Assembly: GCF_009914755.1 (NCBI RefSeq)
Contig: NC_060928.1
Strand: one strand, 5' to 3'
DNA: 64,000 nt
Source: the human T2T-CHM13v2.0 reference genome, Homo sapiens
Made by a program: the position numbers and the translations under genes. Of this stretch, positions 1-13,482 are shown one piece after another (the stretch's first letter is position 1; every line of letters starts with the position of its first letter). Below the pieces are notes generated by a model that was not told where the DNA came from, did no database searches, and saw only the letters and a program-made list of their open reading frames with translations.

Positions 1-3000
1 CAAGATATTCAATGGATTAAATTGCAGGAGGGCCAGACTGTAAAGAGCCAACCATTCAGGAAATTTTGCAGGATTCAGGTAGCAGATGATGGAAAAGTCG
101 ACTAGAAAGTTGATAGAAATCATTATGCCCACATTTACAAAAATAGTGGCAACTTCATATTGTGTTGAGTGGAAAAATATTAACACAGACAAAACACTTA
201 AAGTGTCTCTGGAATATAGTCAGTGACTCAGAAATATTATTAATTTTGCAATTATGGCTATTTTGTTATTATTACTAATACTACTAATTACTTAACATGT
301 GCCGGTCACTTGAGATATCATTCTTCATTTAATAGAACCAGATTGTTCAGTACATCAAAATTATATTCTCTTGCAGAGTCATAGTTGACAGATACCCTGT
401 GGACTTGATTAAAAGTAGACATATCAGTTTTGACAGTAAGATGAGCTACTTGAAATTCTAAAATTCTACCATAGGTAATAAGGATCTTCACCAGTATTGC
501 AGCGTAAAACACTTCCTCAACAATAGAAATGTGTTCCTTTAATATTTGCAGACAAACTTAGTGTTCACTTGATCTTACTAAAGCATTTAAATCATTCTTC
601 ATTGAGACCCCAGAGATTTACATATTACAGCATAAACATACCCTATGAGAGCAGATGATTTTTGCCGTATGACAAGCAACTTATTAAAGCTTCCTGTGGG
701 AACTCGTCTCAACATCATAGCTGCCTGACAGAGAAGCACAGAGATAATGAACAATGCATGTATAATAAAGCACAAATAATTTATACCACTTGTATCTGAA
801 TGGCGCCCTTAGTTTAGATTCCAGAGAATTCTGTCAGCATATAAGATTATATTTTTATGAAGGAACACAATAAACTCATATATTTTAAATTAATATCACA
901 CTTTTAAGACATATGTACAAAGCAAGCATTCTTTGTTACGTTATTATTTAATCTCTTAAAAGATCATTTTTGTCTACATAAAACTGAAATTTTATTCCAT
1001 TGTTAAAACTCAATATCTATGTTGAATGAAAATTGTATGGGCTTTATATGATAACTTTCTCAAGAGACAAAAGCTGAGGTAAGACTAATGAAAAATCTAT
1101 GCCACCCTACCCTACTCTTGAAAAATTTCCCCACCCATACTAAGGGAAAAACTGATAGTGTCAGTAGGAGGGGGAAGAGAATAGGAGGTGTAGAAGGACA
1201 AGAAAAGGGATGACTAGCACTAAAATAGTGATAATTACTACTACTAGCTGTTGTTATTAACTTGCAGAAAGATTTGAATGCAAGTCAATGGTTGTGAAAC
1301 CCGTTCTTCGTTTATTATGTAAAATAATTGCTAACCCAGGTTGCTTTCATTTCAGTTAAATATTAAATTCTAAGATAATTTCTTATAAGAGAATAAGACA
1401 CTTGACAAAATGTATCAGGTGTTTTAAAAATGAATATTGCTATCAGTTTTATAATATATTCACGTGAAATCATACAGAGAAAAAAATTAATCAAGGTGTA
1501 CCTATTAAACATTATGGAAAATATTCATAAAATTAACATTGGAAGTAATCCAACATCTTAAATGAAGGAATGATTAAAAACTTATACTATGTGCATACAA
1601 TAGCATTACAATAATTTTATCAATGAAATATTCAACTACACTGTCAGCCATAATACAAATAAAGTGAGTTAGAAAATGATAAATATAACAAGATGACAAG
1701 TTTTTGCAGGAGGAAAATGTATACACAATAAGATTAAAATTATCTAAATAAGTGTCACATGTGTACATTGAGCTATGTAAATAGGACAAAAGCCATGATG
1801 AAAAAATATATTTTACATAAATAATATCACAACATAAAAATTTTAGAAAAATTTTATTTAAAAAAATTTTTTTCATGCTTTTATAAAATTTCTTACATTA
1901 ATCTTATATTATTTTTATTATGTTATCACAGAAGAAGAAACAACCAGTCCATATCAGTGATGAATCTGTAAAGAGGCTCGATTCCTTCAACACTGGGTGG
2001 ATAAATAAGGCTCTGGGCATCAAGCTAGTGAGATGAAACACTGAACACCAGTTACATTAAATATGGCTACAGGCAACTGCAATCACACGCAATACCTAGA
2101 TGCCCCAAGTATTACCTGGAATAGCAGTACAATGACTCTCATGTTAAGATTAAAAATCATATTTTAAAAAACATTCTGTAATATGTGGTCTGCAGAGTTA
2201 ACATTTGGACTTTTTTTTCTTTGTTTTGTGAAGAACAGTTAGGAAAAGTTTTACCCCAATCATTAAATCTGAAAGTATTTAAATTTAAACATCGGCATAT
2301 ATTGGACAACGCAAGTCAGAATAATTCTCAATCGATTGCAGCCAAGCACATCTTCACTAGGAATGTTACGTGGTGTGTGTGAGCTACTCAAAAAAGAGAC
2401 AAGATCTCCCCTGCAGAAAGGCCTGGTGGCCTCTTCTATTCTGGTGCAAGTGCTGCCTCTGAGACACAACAAAGTGATGATGAGAGTTCCTCACATGCAG
2501 TTATAAACAGCACATCAATTTAACAGTGTGATTTCAGGGAAAAGTTATTCCACCTAAAGAATCACCTGAAAAATATGATCATTCAACTATGTAACTATAT
2601 ACAATTCTGTATGATAAATGAGACTCCTGGACTAATTCATAGAAATTCCAAATTACATTACCAGACTCCAGAATGTCAGCGGTTCTTAACCACCAGCTTT
2701 TATTTATTTTATTTTTTTTAGTTTTCGAAAAACTACCAGAAAACTCTGACAAACTTTAAGTGAAGTATAAAGCATTGTAGAGAAACATAAATGTAGATAT
2801 AAAATTATCCCAACTGTGAGTAGCTTATCCTCAGAGCTCATAGTTAGGGAAGTAAACCACTAACGGTTTCCAACTAAGAGAATTCTACAGAAAACCTGCC
2901 TGAAATAAACACAAGGGATTTAGTAGAACAACAATATAGAATTAAAGCTGAGTGGTCCCACTTTCCAAGAACCTATATTAGTAACTTTAGTATTGTAAGA

Positions 3001-3323
3001 GAAGAGTCTGTGTATAATATTTTTAACATTATCTCCCTGACAACAATGTAATAGCTCCATTTCTTTTCTCCCTTACACACATGCACACAAATACATACAC
3101 ATACACACATATTTACACAAATATCCTTAACAGCATCCACCTATCTCATATTATACATCTACTTGCAAAAAAACTGAGTGATTGGGTCAGTTAAAAAATA
3201 TTATTTACTCCAATAATTCCTCAAAATACTGGATTTTCTCTCTTTAGTAATTTGCACCAATTCTTTTGGTAGTGCCCGCTGTGCTAATACTCTTTTGTGA
3301 TGAAGCAAATTCTTTCTTCACAG

Positions 3324-3455
3324 GAAATGGAAGACTTTGTACAGAGCTCTGGAGAAAATGGTGTTGTGGTGTTTTCTCTGGGGTCAATGGTCAGTAACAT
3401 GACAGAAGAAAGGGCCAACGTAATTGCATCAGCCCTGGCCCAGATCCCACAAAAG
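3324..3455 (+). CDS. UGT2B7: UDP-glucuronosyltransferase 2B7, coding exon 3 (132 bp)
   Basis: tttcttcacAG|GAAATG...CAAAAG|GTaag; translates [44 protein letters not shown]; canonical UGT2 exon length. Confidence 0.96.
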
Positions 3456-4524
3456 GTAAGATGAAGTGCCTTACTGGTGTGGAAAACTACTGAAAGAGGC
3501 TGTTAAAGTTTGAAGTAATCCAATTATAGAAACTTCTGATAAATGTGAAGTTGACCAAAAGTTGAAAAATTAGAACAAGGATAATCTTGGAGAAACTATG
3601 AGAAGTTTGAAAATTGTGGTTGCATTTTTTTTTTAAATGGTGTTAAGTATGAACATTCCCCTATGTAAATATGCTGACAATAAATTGAATGGAGAAAGGT
3701 ATTTAAAAAGTGTTTGGAGACTTCTCACCTCCTGTCCATAAAATTTTGAATTGTGTATGTGATCTACATAGAAAGAATATTAAAGAGTAGATTGAACTCT
3801 TCATATCTGAATATAGCCTTAAATATGCTTGTATAGCATCCACCGACAGAAGTAATAGTTGTGCCTCAGACTTAGGGGTTGCATGTGGCCCTGGAGGAGT
3901 TACTACCCTTGGTATGCATGAGTAGTTCCTATTAGCATCAGTGGGAACTCAGTACTCCATATGTATTCACAAAAGGCAATTTGAGACCCACAGTTATTTT
4001 TAATTTCTGATATTAACACTCATACATACTGCTGAATTTAACTCAATATATTTCAGTTAAGTGAAAATGGTGCTTAATGTAGTCTTTAGAATGACTTTCA
4101 GGTGTTTTCACAAAAAACGTATATCCAGAACTGTGTCCTTTTAGAAATACAAGTAAAATTTTTGATAATTAGCTTCAAAACAGTTTTCCTAATCTCAGCA
4201 GTATCCAATGAGTGAAGAACACTTGACTGACTCTTGGGTCACCTCTATTACTTATTGTACTCTGGAAGCTCTTGGTGAATGTTTACGATTATGGGATGTA
4301 GTATTTCTGTTTGCACTTTAAGTCAAATGCTTGTATAAAATATGTGACAACAAATGGAGAATATTGGCTCTGTTAGTAGTTATGCGGTATATTCTCTGTT
4401 TAAGGATCTGTGCTAGTATAACATGATTGAATGTTATTAATTTAGGAATAATAACCAACACATGTGGGGAGTAGGGGAATAAGGAGAATGAATTCCAATC
4501 CTGTGATTAAAAGTGTAAACTATA

Positions 4525-4839
<315 letters not shown>

Positions 4840-6596
4840 CTAGAAGTCTTATTTTTATAAAGATGGAGTCTGGAAGATATTGCTAATGTATTTTACTTCA
4901 ACATAGGGAACAAACTTTTTAAGTATATTAATAAATATTCCCGTATGGTTAGTTTTTTACATTTTTAAAAATAAACTTTATGGATATGACAAATTAAAAA
5001 AAAGAAACTTCCTGCCTAAAAATTTAGCTGATGGGAAAGCAATAATTTTCTCAGATATTAGTTCAAAATCAAAAATATACATTAACGATGCTAAAATAAT
5101 ACAGAGGGTGTTTTTCATTGATAATAAATTTGGCATTAATAGTATGATCAAGAATAAATTTATTCAAGAAATGTAGGTGAAGTTTTGGTATTGCCATGAT
5201 ATTGGGGTCAGGTAAGAGATATCACCAAATTCTGCCCCTGTCATTTGACCCTTTTGTTTAAGAATTCCTTAGGGCACTGTACACACTACAGGTGTTATCA
5301 GAAAAAGTTACATTTTAATGGGTAACTTCACTACCACAATAACAATAGCAGGTATTTCAAAAAGTCTGACATGCATCATGCAATTTAGTCTTGGCATGTA
5401 ATCCAGCCTCTTGTACTTCCTGTACATTTTGGAAGAGGTGTATCTGAGTAATGTTCAGGGTACTATTCAGAGACAGAACAGCCTAGGCGGACAGACAACT
5501 ATCCCAAGTACCCACATAGCCAGATAGATTTAGAGAAAGAGAAAAAGCCTGCCCTGCTGGACTGCGCCCAGCCAATGTCTGAAGCAGGAAGATGAAAGGG
5601 TGGAGATGGATCCTGCCCTGAAGGTGGACCCTGTGCAGTATAAAATGTGGCCCCACAAGGACTCTGCACTATCAGATTAACAACTCCTCCCAATGGAGGA
5701 AGCAGAAGGAAATATAGAAGGGAGTCAAACAGAAGGAGGCCAGGCACAGAAACAACTTCAGATGCCCCCTCTATATCTTTTATATAGAATAAGCCAGTGA
5801 CCTTTGTGTATTTGTCAATTACTTTTTAATTTCCTGCCTGATAAAGCTTTCTTGTAATGACCTCTTCCAACTTTTGCTGAAACCTGAGTTACTTTAACAC
5901 TGATGTAGCAAATAAAAGTTAAACACTGTAAATTATTGTTTAGTTTATGAGGATTGCTTGGGAGTTTCAAAATTAGTAACTTAAACATAAAATGTCTTGG
6001 CTATAGCAGAACATGTTAATCACTATTGTCAAAGCTTTGTAGCACGTTGTCTCAGTGTTAATAATCAGTTAACCAAATTCAGCAAGATACAATTTTGAGT
6101 TTTTTCAACAGCTGTGTTTTTATTCATGACACCAACAGATTCTTCATTTCTATGCTGAAAAATATCCAAAATTAGAAATACTGATAATACTCTGAATTTG
6201 TGTCAAAAATAACCACCTGAAATTTATTTTGGAAGTAGTGCTTGATAATTTATAATTCCAATGAAGTTATACATAAAACCTTTGCAGCATTAATCTATTT
6301 CTTATAAGTAGCTTATTTATGGACTTGTTATTTTGTCAATCAAAGGACAACAGGCTCTAATATAACAACCTACATACAAGTAGATACATGTGAACTACTT
6401 CCAAAATTACTCAAAAAGATATGAATACATTAAAATTAAATTTGGAAAATGAAAACTAATATAAAATACATAAAACAAAATAAGCACGCAGGTCATTACA
6501 AAATTGTTACTATTTTTTACACTAGAATTATAAGGAATAGCTAAAATTTTTATACATTTTTAGAATATTTTTAAATTTAAAAAATTAAATTAATTT

Positions 6597-7405
6597 AACT
6601 TTTATTTGTAACTTTTATTTTAAGTTCAAGGGGACATGTGTAGTTTTTTTACATAGGTAAACTTGTGTCATGGGGGGTTATTGTACTGATCGTTTCATCA
6701 CCCAGATATTAAGGCTAAAATCAGTTAATTATTTTTCCTGATCCTCCCACCCTCCACCCTCCAATACACCACAGCGTATGTTGTTCCTGTCTATTTGTCC
6801 ACATGTTCTCATCTTTCACCTTCCACTTATAAGTGAGGACATGCCATATTTATATTTCCATCCCGTTGTTAGTTTGCTAAGGATAATGGCCTCCAGCTCC
6901 ATCCATATCCCTGCAAAATACATAATTTTGTTCTTTTTTATGACTGCATAATATTCTGTAGTGTATATGTACCATATTTTCTCTATTCAGCCCATAATCA
7001 ATGGGCATTTAGGTTGATTCCATGTCGTTGCTATTGTGAAAAGTACTGCAGTTAATACACCTGTGCATGGGTCTTTATAAAAGAACCATTTATAGTCTGT
7101 TGGTTATATACCCAGTAATGGGATTGCTGGGTTTCATGGTATTTTTACCTCTAGGTTTTTGAGGAATCGCCAGTCTTCCACAATGGTTGAACTAACTTAC
7201 ATTCCCACCAACAGATTATAAGCAAGCCTTTTCTATACTACTTCACCAGTATCATGATATTTTTTGAGTTTTTAATAATAGCCATTCTGACTGGTGTGAG
7301 ATGCTATCTCATTATGGTTTTGATTTGCATTTCTCTAATGATGTTAAGCTTTTTTCTTTTTTTTTTTTCATATGATGGTTGGCCACACGTAGGTTTTCTT
7401 TTAAA
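6597..7405 (-). mobile_element. L1 3' end (old L1PA/L1PB class) in intron 3
   Basis: T-rich tail then ttaagttcaagggga...acataggtaaacttgtgtcatgggg...atacccagtaatgggattgctgg, reverse complement of an L1 3' UTR/ORF2 end. Confidence 0.88.
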
Positions 7406-7672
7406 AGGTGTAACAATTTTTTAAATGCTTGAAATTTTCATTGATAATCTGATTTTTTCTAAGGTACTATTTTGGAAAATCATGATTTCCTTATATACCT
7501 AACTAATTATAAAAGTTGAGAAAATTAATGTGAGTATTCTATTTACATTAGTCTTTAAGTAGTTCTTATTTACTAACATCCCTTGATCTCATTCCTACTC
7601 TTTATACAGTTCTCACATTCTATAACTTTTGAATTCCACTCATGGAATAAAATATTTTCTTTATTGTAACAG

Positions 7673-7760
7673 GTTCTGTGGAGATTTGATGGGAATAAAC
7701 CAGATACCTTAGGTCTCAATACTCGGCTGTACAAGTGGATACCCCAGAATGACCTTCTAG
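7673..7760 (+). CDS. UGT2B7: UGT2B7 coding exon 4 (88 bp)
   Basis: taacAG|GTTCTG...CTTCTAG|GTaag; [29 protein letters not shown](G), start of the UGT signature motif. Confidence 0.96.
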
Positions 7761-8599
7761 GTAAGACTCTGGTGAACAAATACTGAATATATTAGTAACA
7801 GCACATTAGAGTGTTAATAGTTCTTCATGAAACAAGCTTATTGAATATTTGTTAAGGAAAAACAAAATGTAACTTCTTTATATTGATTTTCCAGTCTTAA
7901 GGGAGAAAGAATACTTATAATTTTTGGCATTTTATGATATACACCCACATTCTTTATAGTCTGAATCGGGGGAATCTTTATTTCAGGTGTTATTATATCT
8001 CACAAAATTTTTCAATATCTTCCTGGGCTGTCTCTCTGTCTCCTATTTCTACAACTTTACACCTGTTTTTTTCCTCTCCCGCAGGGTTATTTGAAATGCC
8101 ACTAAAAATAATAGCTCTTCTATCACCAGTGACTCTGTATTTTCTGAAGAATTAAACTGCTAATCTTAATCATACAGTGATGATACATTTCACGATGAAG
8201 TGTGACCTGTCCTTCCTCAATCCTAGCACCACCACCAAACCACTGCCTGCTGCCTTGCCCACCCCATATATCACACTCTGTGACTGCACTTAAAATAAGA
8301 GTTAACTTCATGCCTATCTCTTTGCTGTCTTCTTTTTTGCACATTTTTGAAATCTAGAATGCAATTTTTCATTAGCCCAACTGGAAATCTTGTATTGTTT
8401 TGCAGTCTGAAGTCACACGCACCGTATAGCCTTCAGTTACATACCGAGTACAAGTACGTGTTTTTTCCTCTGAAGTCTGAAACACAATTTTAATTTAGTT
8501 CAGTGTTTTAGCTGGAAAACACTGTCACTTTCAGAGCCTTTCATTGTGCATCTCATTTTATTCCTATGAGTAATTTTGCTAAAATTCATCCAATCCTAG

Positions 8600-8819
8600 G
8601 TCATCCAAAGACCAGAGCTTTTATAACTCATGGTGGAGCCAATGGCATCTACGAGGCAATCTACCATGGGATCCCTATGGTGGGGATTCCATTGTTTGCC
8701 GATCAACCTGATAACATTGCTCACATGAAGGCCAGGGGAGCAGCTGTTAGAGTGGACTTCAACACAATGTCGAGTACAGACTTGCTGAATGCATTGAAGA
8801 GAGTAATTAATGATCCTTC
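8600..8819 (+). CDS. UGT2B7: UGT2B7 coding exon 5 (220 bp), UDP-glucuronic acid binding region
   Basis: cctAG|GTCATC...CCTTC|GTgagt; [74 protein letters not shown]. Confidence 0.97.
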
Positions 8820-9329
8820 GTGAGTAGAACAATATTTTTCACTAGGTGGTATTTACAGATAGCTTCTCTTGTCAATAGTGAGTGTGAGTTTCATCCTTTT
8901 TATAAGAGACTAATTTTGAAAGAATTTAAATGATTTAACCAATCTGAAATCTGCTTTTATTTTTATAAGTTATTTAAAAATTGAATTTGAAACACATACA
9001 TCTAAAGAATAGCCAGTTAGTGAAACAATTTTCTACACAAAAATATTTTTAAAAGGATATAGATAATACAAAAAATACATTTCTTAAAAATTTGACATAA
9101 TTAATCCATAGAAGAAAGGAAGAATAAACCTGAAATAATATAATAAAATATTTTAATTAGATATCTAAAACACCTCAGAGTATAACCATTTTCTTGCTGA
9201 AAAATTAACTTTTATTATTATCATTATTGTAACAGACTTGAAAATGAGATTTAATTTTTATAGCATAAAACCCCCCTGTTTATGTTATAAAATCCAAATA
9301 TATTTAGTATGTTTACAGAGCCATGAAGC

Positions 9330-11330
9330 CATCACTATTACATAATTTTAGAACATTTTTATCAACACAAAAGAAACTGCAATGACACAGAAGTCACTTC
9401 CTATGACCGCTTAGCCCTGGTCTAACTAATTTGTTTCCTTTCTCTATAGATTATTCTCTTTAGATATTTCATATGAATGGAATCATACAGTTTAGGGTGT
9501 TGTGAAATGACATTTCACCTAGGCTAATTTTTTGTTGTTTTTTTTTTCTGGTTTTAGTTTCATTCATGTTGTTGTGTGTTTTAATACTTCATTTCTTTTT
9601 ATAGCAGTTTAATATTTTTTAGTAAAGATATGTCATATTTTAGTTGTTCACTTATCAGTTCATTGGCCTTTTGATTGTTTTCAATTGTGGCTATTAGGAA
9701 GATTGCTACACATGTTTTTGCATAAACATGTTTTCCTTTCTTTAGGGTTGATACTATAAGTGGAATTGCTGCTTCATGTGGGAACTGTATGTTTATGAAG
9801 AACTGCTAAACTGTCTTCCAAAGTACTTGTTTCATTCATGACTACCACCAGCAGTACAACATGGTTCCAATTCCTCCATACTTTTGCCAAACCTGTTATT
9901 CCCTGACTTTTTGTTACAGCCTTCTTAGTGGGTGTAAAATGATCTCTCATCCTGGTCTTGGATTGCATTTTCATTACGGCTAAAGGTGTTGAGAATCTTC
10001 ATACGTGCCTACTGATCATTCATATATCTTCTTTGAAAACAGTCTATCCAATCCTTGGAACATTTTTAAACTTTGCTATTTGTCTTATTATTAAGTTTAA
10101 GAACTATTTATATATTATGGGTCATATCAGATATATAACTTGTAAATATTTTGTCCCACTCTGGGTGCACTAAATTTTACTTTTTGATGTTGGTCTTTGA
10201 AGCACAAAAAATATAATTTTAAGTTAAATTTTTAATAATTGATTTTTTCAAACCCAAAGATATCAATGTGCAAAATTCCTTGTGGAGTCCAGCTACCATC
10301 AATTCAGCATTTATAGCTACTATCAATAATGTTTTTTTATATAAGCAGGGTATCATCTAAAGGAATACTTGAAAAATACTTTATCACAAAAAAAGAAGGA
10401 TAATGAATGATAAAAATACCTTTAAAGAAGATAGGAAATAATTGAAAAAGAACACAAACCAGCTTGGACAAATAGAAAAAAAATATATAAAGCAAATTGG
10501 TAGATTTAAATATGATTATACAAATACTTTCACTCAATCTAAACAGACTTTAGAAAAGAGCAAGTAATTAGTAAAGACATAAAACATTTGAAGAACACAA
10601 TTAACAAATGGAATCTTATAATGTAAAATGATACAAATGCACATACATACACACACAATAAACATATATGTATCATATATATCAACTTGAAGACACATTT
10701 TCCTAGAGCATGTCGAATAGTTATCTGAAGTGATATGTGGTGGGCAATAAATCAAGATTTAGTACATATAATAAGGTTCAATATCATAAAGACTATATGA
10801 TCCAGCCATAGTGGAAGTAAGGGAGGTTATAAAAACTATAACTAACATATCTTTAAATTTTAGAGATCAAGAGGTGAATCACAACTATGTCTCCACTTTT
10901 ATCTCAACAATTCTACTCCCAGTTATATACCCAACAGATATGTATAAATAAATCTAATACCATATAGAATATTTATGACAGAATTATCAATACTGTCCAA
11001 AAATTGTTAGCAACCCAAATATCTATTAATCATAAAATGAAGACATAATCTGTGCTTTATCAATCAACAGAATACTACACAGCAATGGAATTACCCAACA
11101 ACTGCTACATTAAAAAAAGACACTAATGAGTACGTATTATATAATTCAATTACATAAACAAGCAAACTAATGTATGCTATTCGAAGTCAGGCTAATCCTT
11201 AGTTGGTGGACAAAAGTGGTGACTAAATGGTTCAGAAAAAGAGAGTTATTCTAGGCAGGTTGTGATATCCTATACCACAATCTGAACAGTAGGTAAATCG
11301 ATATCTTCACCTCAAGATAATGTTCAAGAT
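9330..11330. mobile_element. Decayed L1M fragments in intron 5 (minus about 9330-10230; plus about 10370-11330)
   Basis: L1-like motifs such as tttcatatgaatggaatcatacag and agtggaattgctg; ORF 9774-9974(-) resembles an ORF2 C-terminus; boundaries approximate. Confidence 0.6.
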
Positions 11331-12059
11331 GATCTTACATTTTTGAACTATTCACTTAGTGTATGAATATTTATCTTTTGTATTTAATATTTAAATGTTT
11401 ATTTTATGAGATATATAATGCATTTTAAAATTCTAGGACTCAAATAGCAAAATAAGCACAGAAAATAGAGAAAATCCTAGTGGTTCCATCATAATGTGGC
11501 CAGTAAAAGCCTCTCTTAGAGGTAACATTAGAAGGAAGCCACAAGAAGGGAGAGAAGCATTCCTTGGGTTGTAGCAAGAGAGAGTACTCCAAGAGCGGGA
11601 GAGAGGGGAAAAAAATGTGTAAGGTACTAAGATGAGAACACCTTTGGGAGCTTAAAGTAAAATAGAAGGCCAATCTAGAAGACAGTGTGCAGGGGAAAAG
11701 TGTTAGGAAAAGAGTTTGCCCGTGTCTAAAAATGTAGGGTTCTGTAGACCAAATAACAGAGTTGGATTTTATTCTAAAAATAATGAGAAGCCAGGCAAAA
11801 GTCTTAATCAGGGGAGTGCTTTAAACTGACTTTAATTGAAAAAATCATTCTGGCTACAGGGTGGGAAAGAGTAGGAGACAAAAGAGTAATGTAGAAGCAA
11901 AGTGACTAGCTATGAGGCACGTCACTCACCATGACACAATTACTTTTTCGGAACTTAGAGATGATAATTCTCATATTGCATTTTCACGATCTTTCTCATA
12001 GCACTTAAAAGGGCTCATGATGTTGAGCATGTTCTCCGTATGTCTGTTTGAGAACTAAG

Positions 12060-12230
12060 AGTGTAATTAGATTGTTCATAATACAAAGGATAAATGCATA
12101 AGGGATGAATATCCTATTTTCCATGATGTGATTATTTCATATTGTATCAAAACATCTCATATACCCCATAAATATATACACTTAATATGTACCCTCAAAA
12201 ACTTAAACAATTAAAAACAAATTAAAAATG
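12060..12230 (+). mobile_element. L1MA 3' terminal fragment
   Basis: caaaggataaatgc...aaaacatctcatataccccataaatatatacac...atgtaccc followed by an A-rich tail. Confidence 0.7.
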
Positions 12231-12465
12231 CCTTATATTTTCTCTGCTTCAAAAAAAATTAACTTTCTCAGCTAACATTCAATTTCTACTTTAAAAATAT
12301 TTCTCAATGAGAGAAGTCCAATTTAAAAGCCAAACTTTCTATGATGACTCAAATTAAAATACACAAATTCGATGTCAATTCTTTGACATTTATTTTGAAT
12401 TATTTGGCCCTTTAAAAGCCTTTCGTAAACTTGATATGGACAGGCAAATTAACTTACTTTCAGTA

Positions 12466-12924
12466 TTAGGGAGGAGACCATGCTTCATATCGTCTTATGC
12501 CCAATTTCTGCCTCCAAAGAAAGAAGTAAAAACTAAAAGGCAGAAATGAAATCCACAAGCAGACAGCCCAGTGCCACACCCTGCGCCTGATAGTTAAAGA
12601 TCGACCCCTGACCTAACCAGTTATGTTATCTATAGATTCCAGACATTGTATGGAAAAGCATTGTAAAAATCCCTGTCCTGTTCTGTTCCATTCTGATTAC
12701 TGGTGCATGCAGCCCCCAGTTATGTACCCACTGCTTGCTCAATCGATCATGACCCTCTCACGCAGACCCCCTTAGAGTTGTGAGCCCTTAAAAGGGACAG
12801 GAATTGCTCACTCAGGGAGTTCAGCTCTTGAGAGAGGAGTCTTACCGATGCTCCCAGCCGAATAAAACCCTTCCTTCTTTAACTCGGTGTCTGAGGGGTT
12901 TTGTCTGTAACTCTTCCTGCTACA
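12466..12924 (+). mobile_element. Solo LTR2 (HERV-E family LTR), sense orientation, ending 26 bp before exon 6
   Basis: Starts TTAGGGAGGAGACCA, ends CCTGCTACA; TATA-like CCTTAAAAGG near 12787; AATAAA at 12861; matches recalled LTR2 consensus. Confidence 0.85.
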
Positions 12925-12950
12925 TTACTGTCTTTATTTTTATCTTTCAG

Positions 12951-13230
12951 ATATAAAGAGAATGTTATGAAATTATCAAGAATTCAACATGATCAACCAG
13001 TGAAGCCCCTGGATCGAGCAGTCTTCTGGATTGAATTTGTCATGCGCCACAAAGGAGCTAAACACCTTCGGGTTGCAGCCCACGACCTCACCTGGTTCCA
13101 GTACCACTCTTTGGATGTGATTGGGTTCCTGCTGGTCTGTGTGGCAACTGTGATATTTATCGTCACAAAATGTTGTCTGTTTTGTTTCTGGAAGTTTGCT
13201 AGAAAAGCAAAGAAGGGAAAAAATGATTAG
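12951..13230 (+). CDS. UGT2B7: UGT2B7 exon 6 coding part (280 bp): transmembrane helix and dilysine ER-retention tail
   Basis: tctttcAG|ATATAAAG; [40 protein letters not shown]...[12 protein letters not shown]; this tail matches UGT2B7 as recalled. Confidence 0.97.
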
Positions 13231-13482
13231 TTATATCTGAGATTTGAAGCTGGAAAACCTGATAGGTGAGACTACTTCAGTTTATTCCAGCAAGAAAGAT
13301 TGTGATGCAAGATTTCTTTCTTCCTGAGACAAAAAAAAAAAAAAGAAAAAAAAATCTTTTCAAAATTTACTTTGTCAAATAAAAATTTGTTTTTCAGAGA
13401 TTTACCACCCAGTTCATGGTTAGAAATATTTTGTGGCAATGAAGAAAACACTACGGAAAATAAAAAATAAGATAAAGCCTTA
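13231..13482 (+). terminator. UGT2B7: UGT2B7 3' UTR with polyadenylation signals
   Basis: AATAAA at 13378-13383 and 13459-13464; internal A tract 13331-13354; cleavage site approximate. Confidence 0.75.

Noticed and set aside
5190-5730. More GC-balanced segment in intron 3 with a TATA-like TATAAAA, also at 28670-29210
   Set aside because: Possibly an old LTR inherited through gene duplication, but I cannot assign a family or function.
8566-8599. ORF-track N-terminal extensions of UGT2B7 exon 5 (and of exon 6 at 12901-12950)
   Set aside because: Intronic read-through upstream of canonical AG acceptors, not real start sites.
13331-13354. A tract in the UGT2B7 3' UTR resembling a retro-insertion tail
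   Set aside because: No TSD or upstream element; a genomic A run that could cause oligo-dT mispriming.
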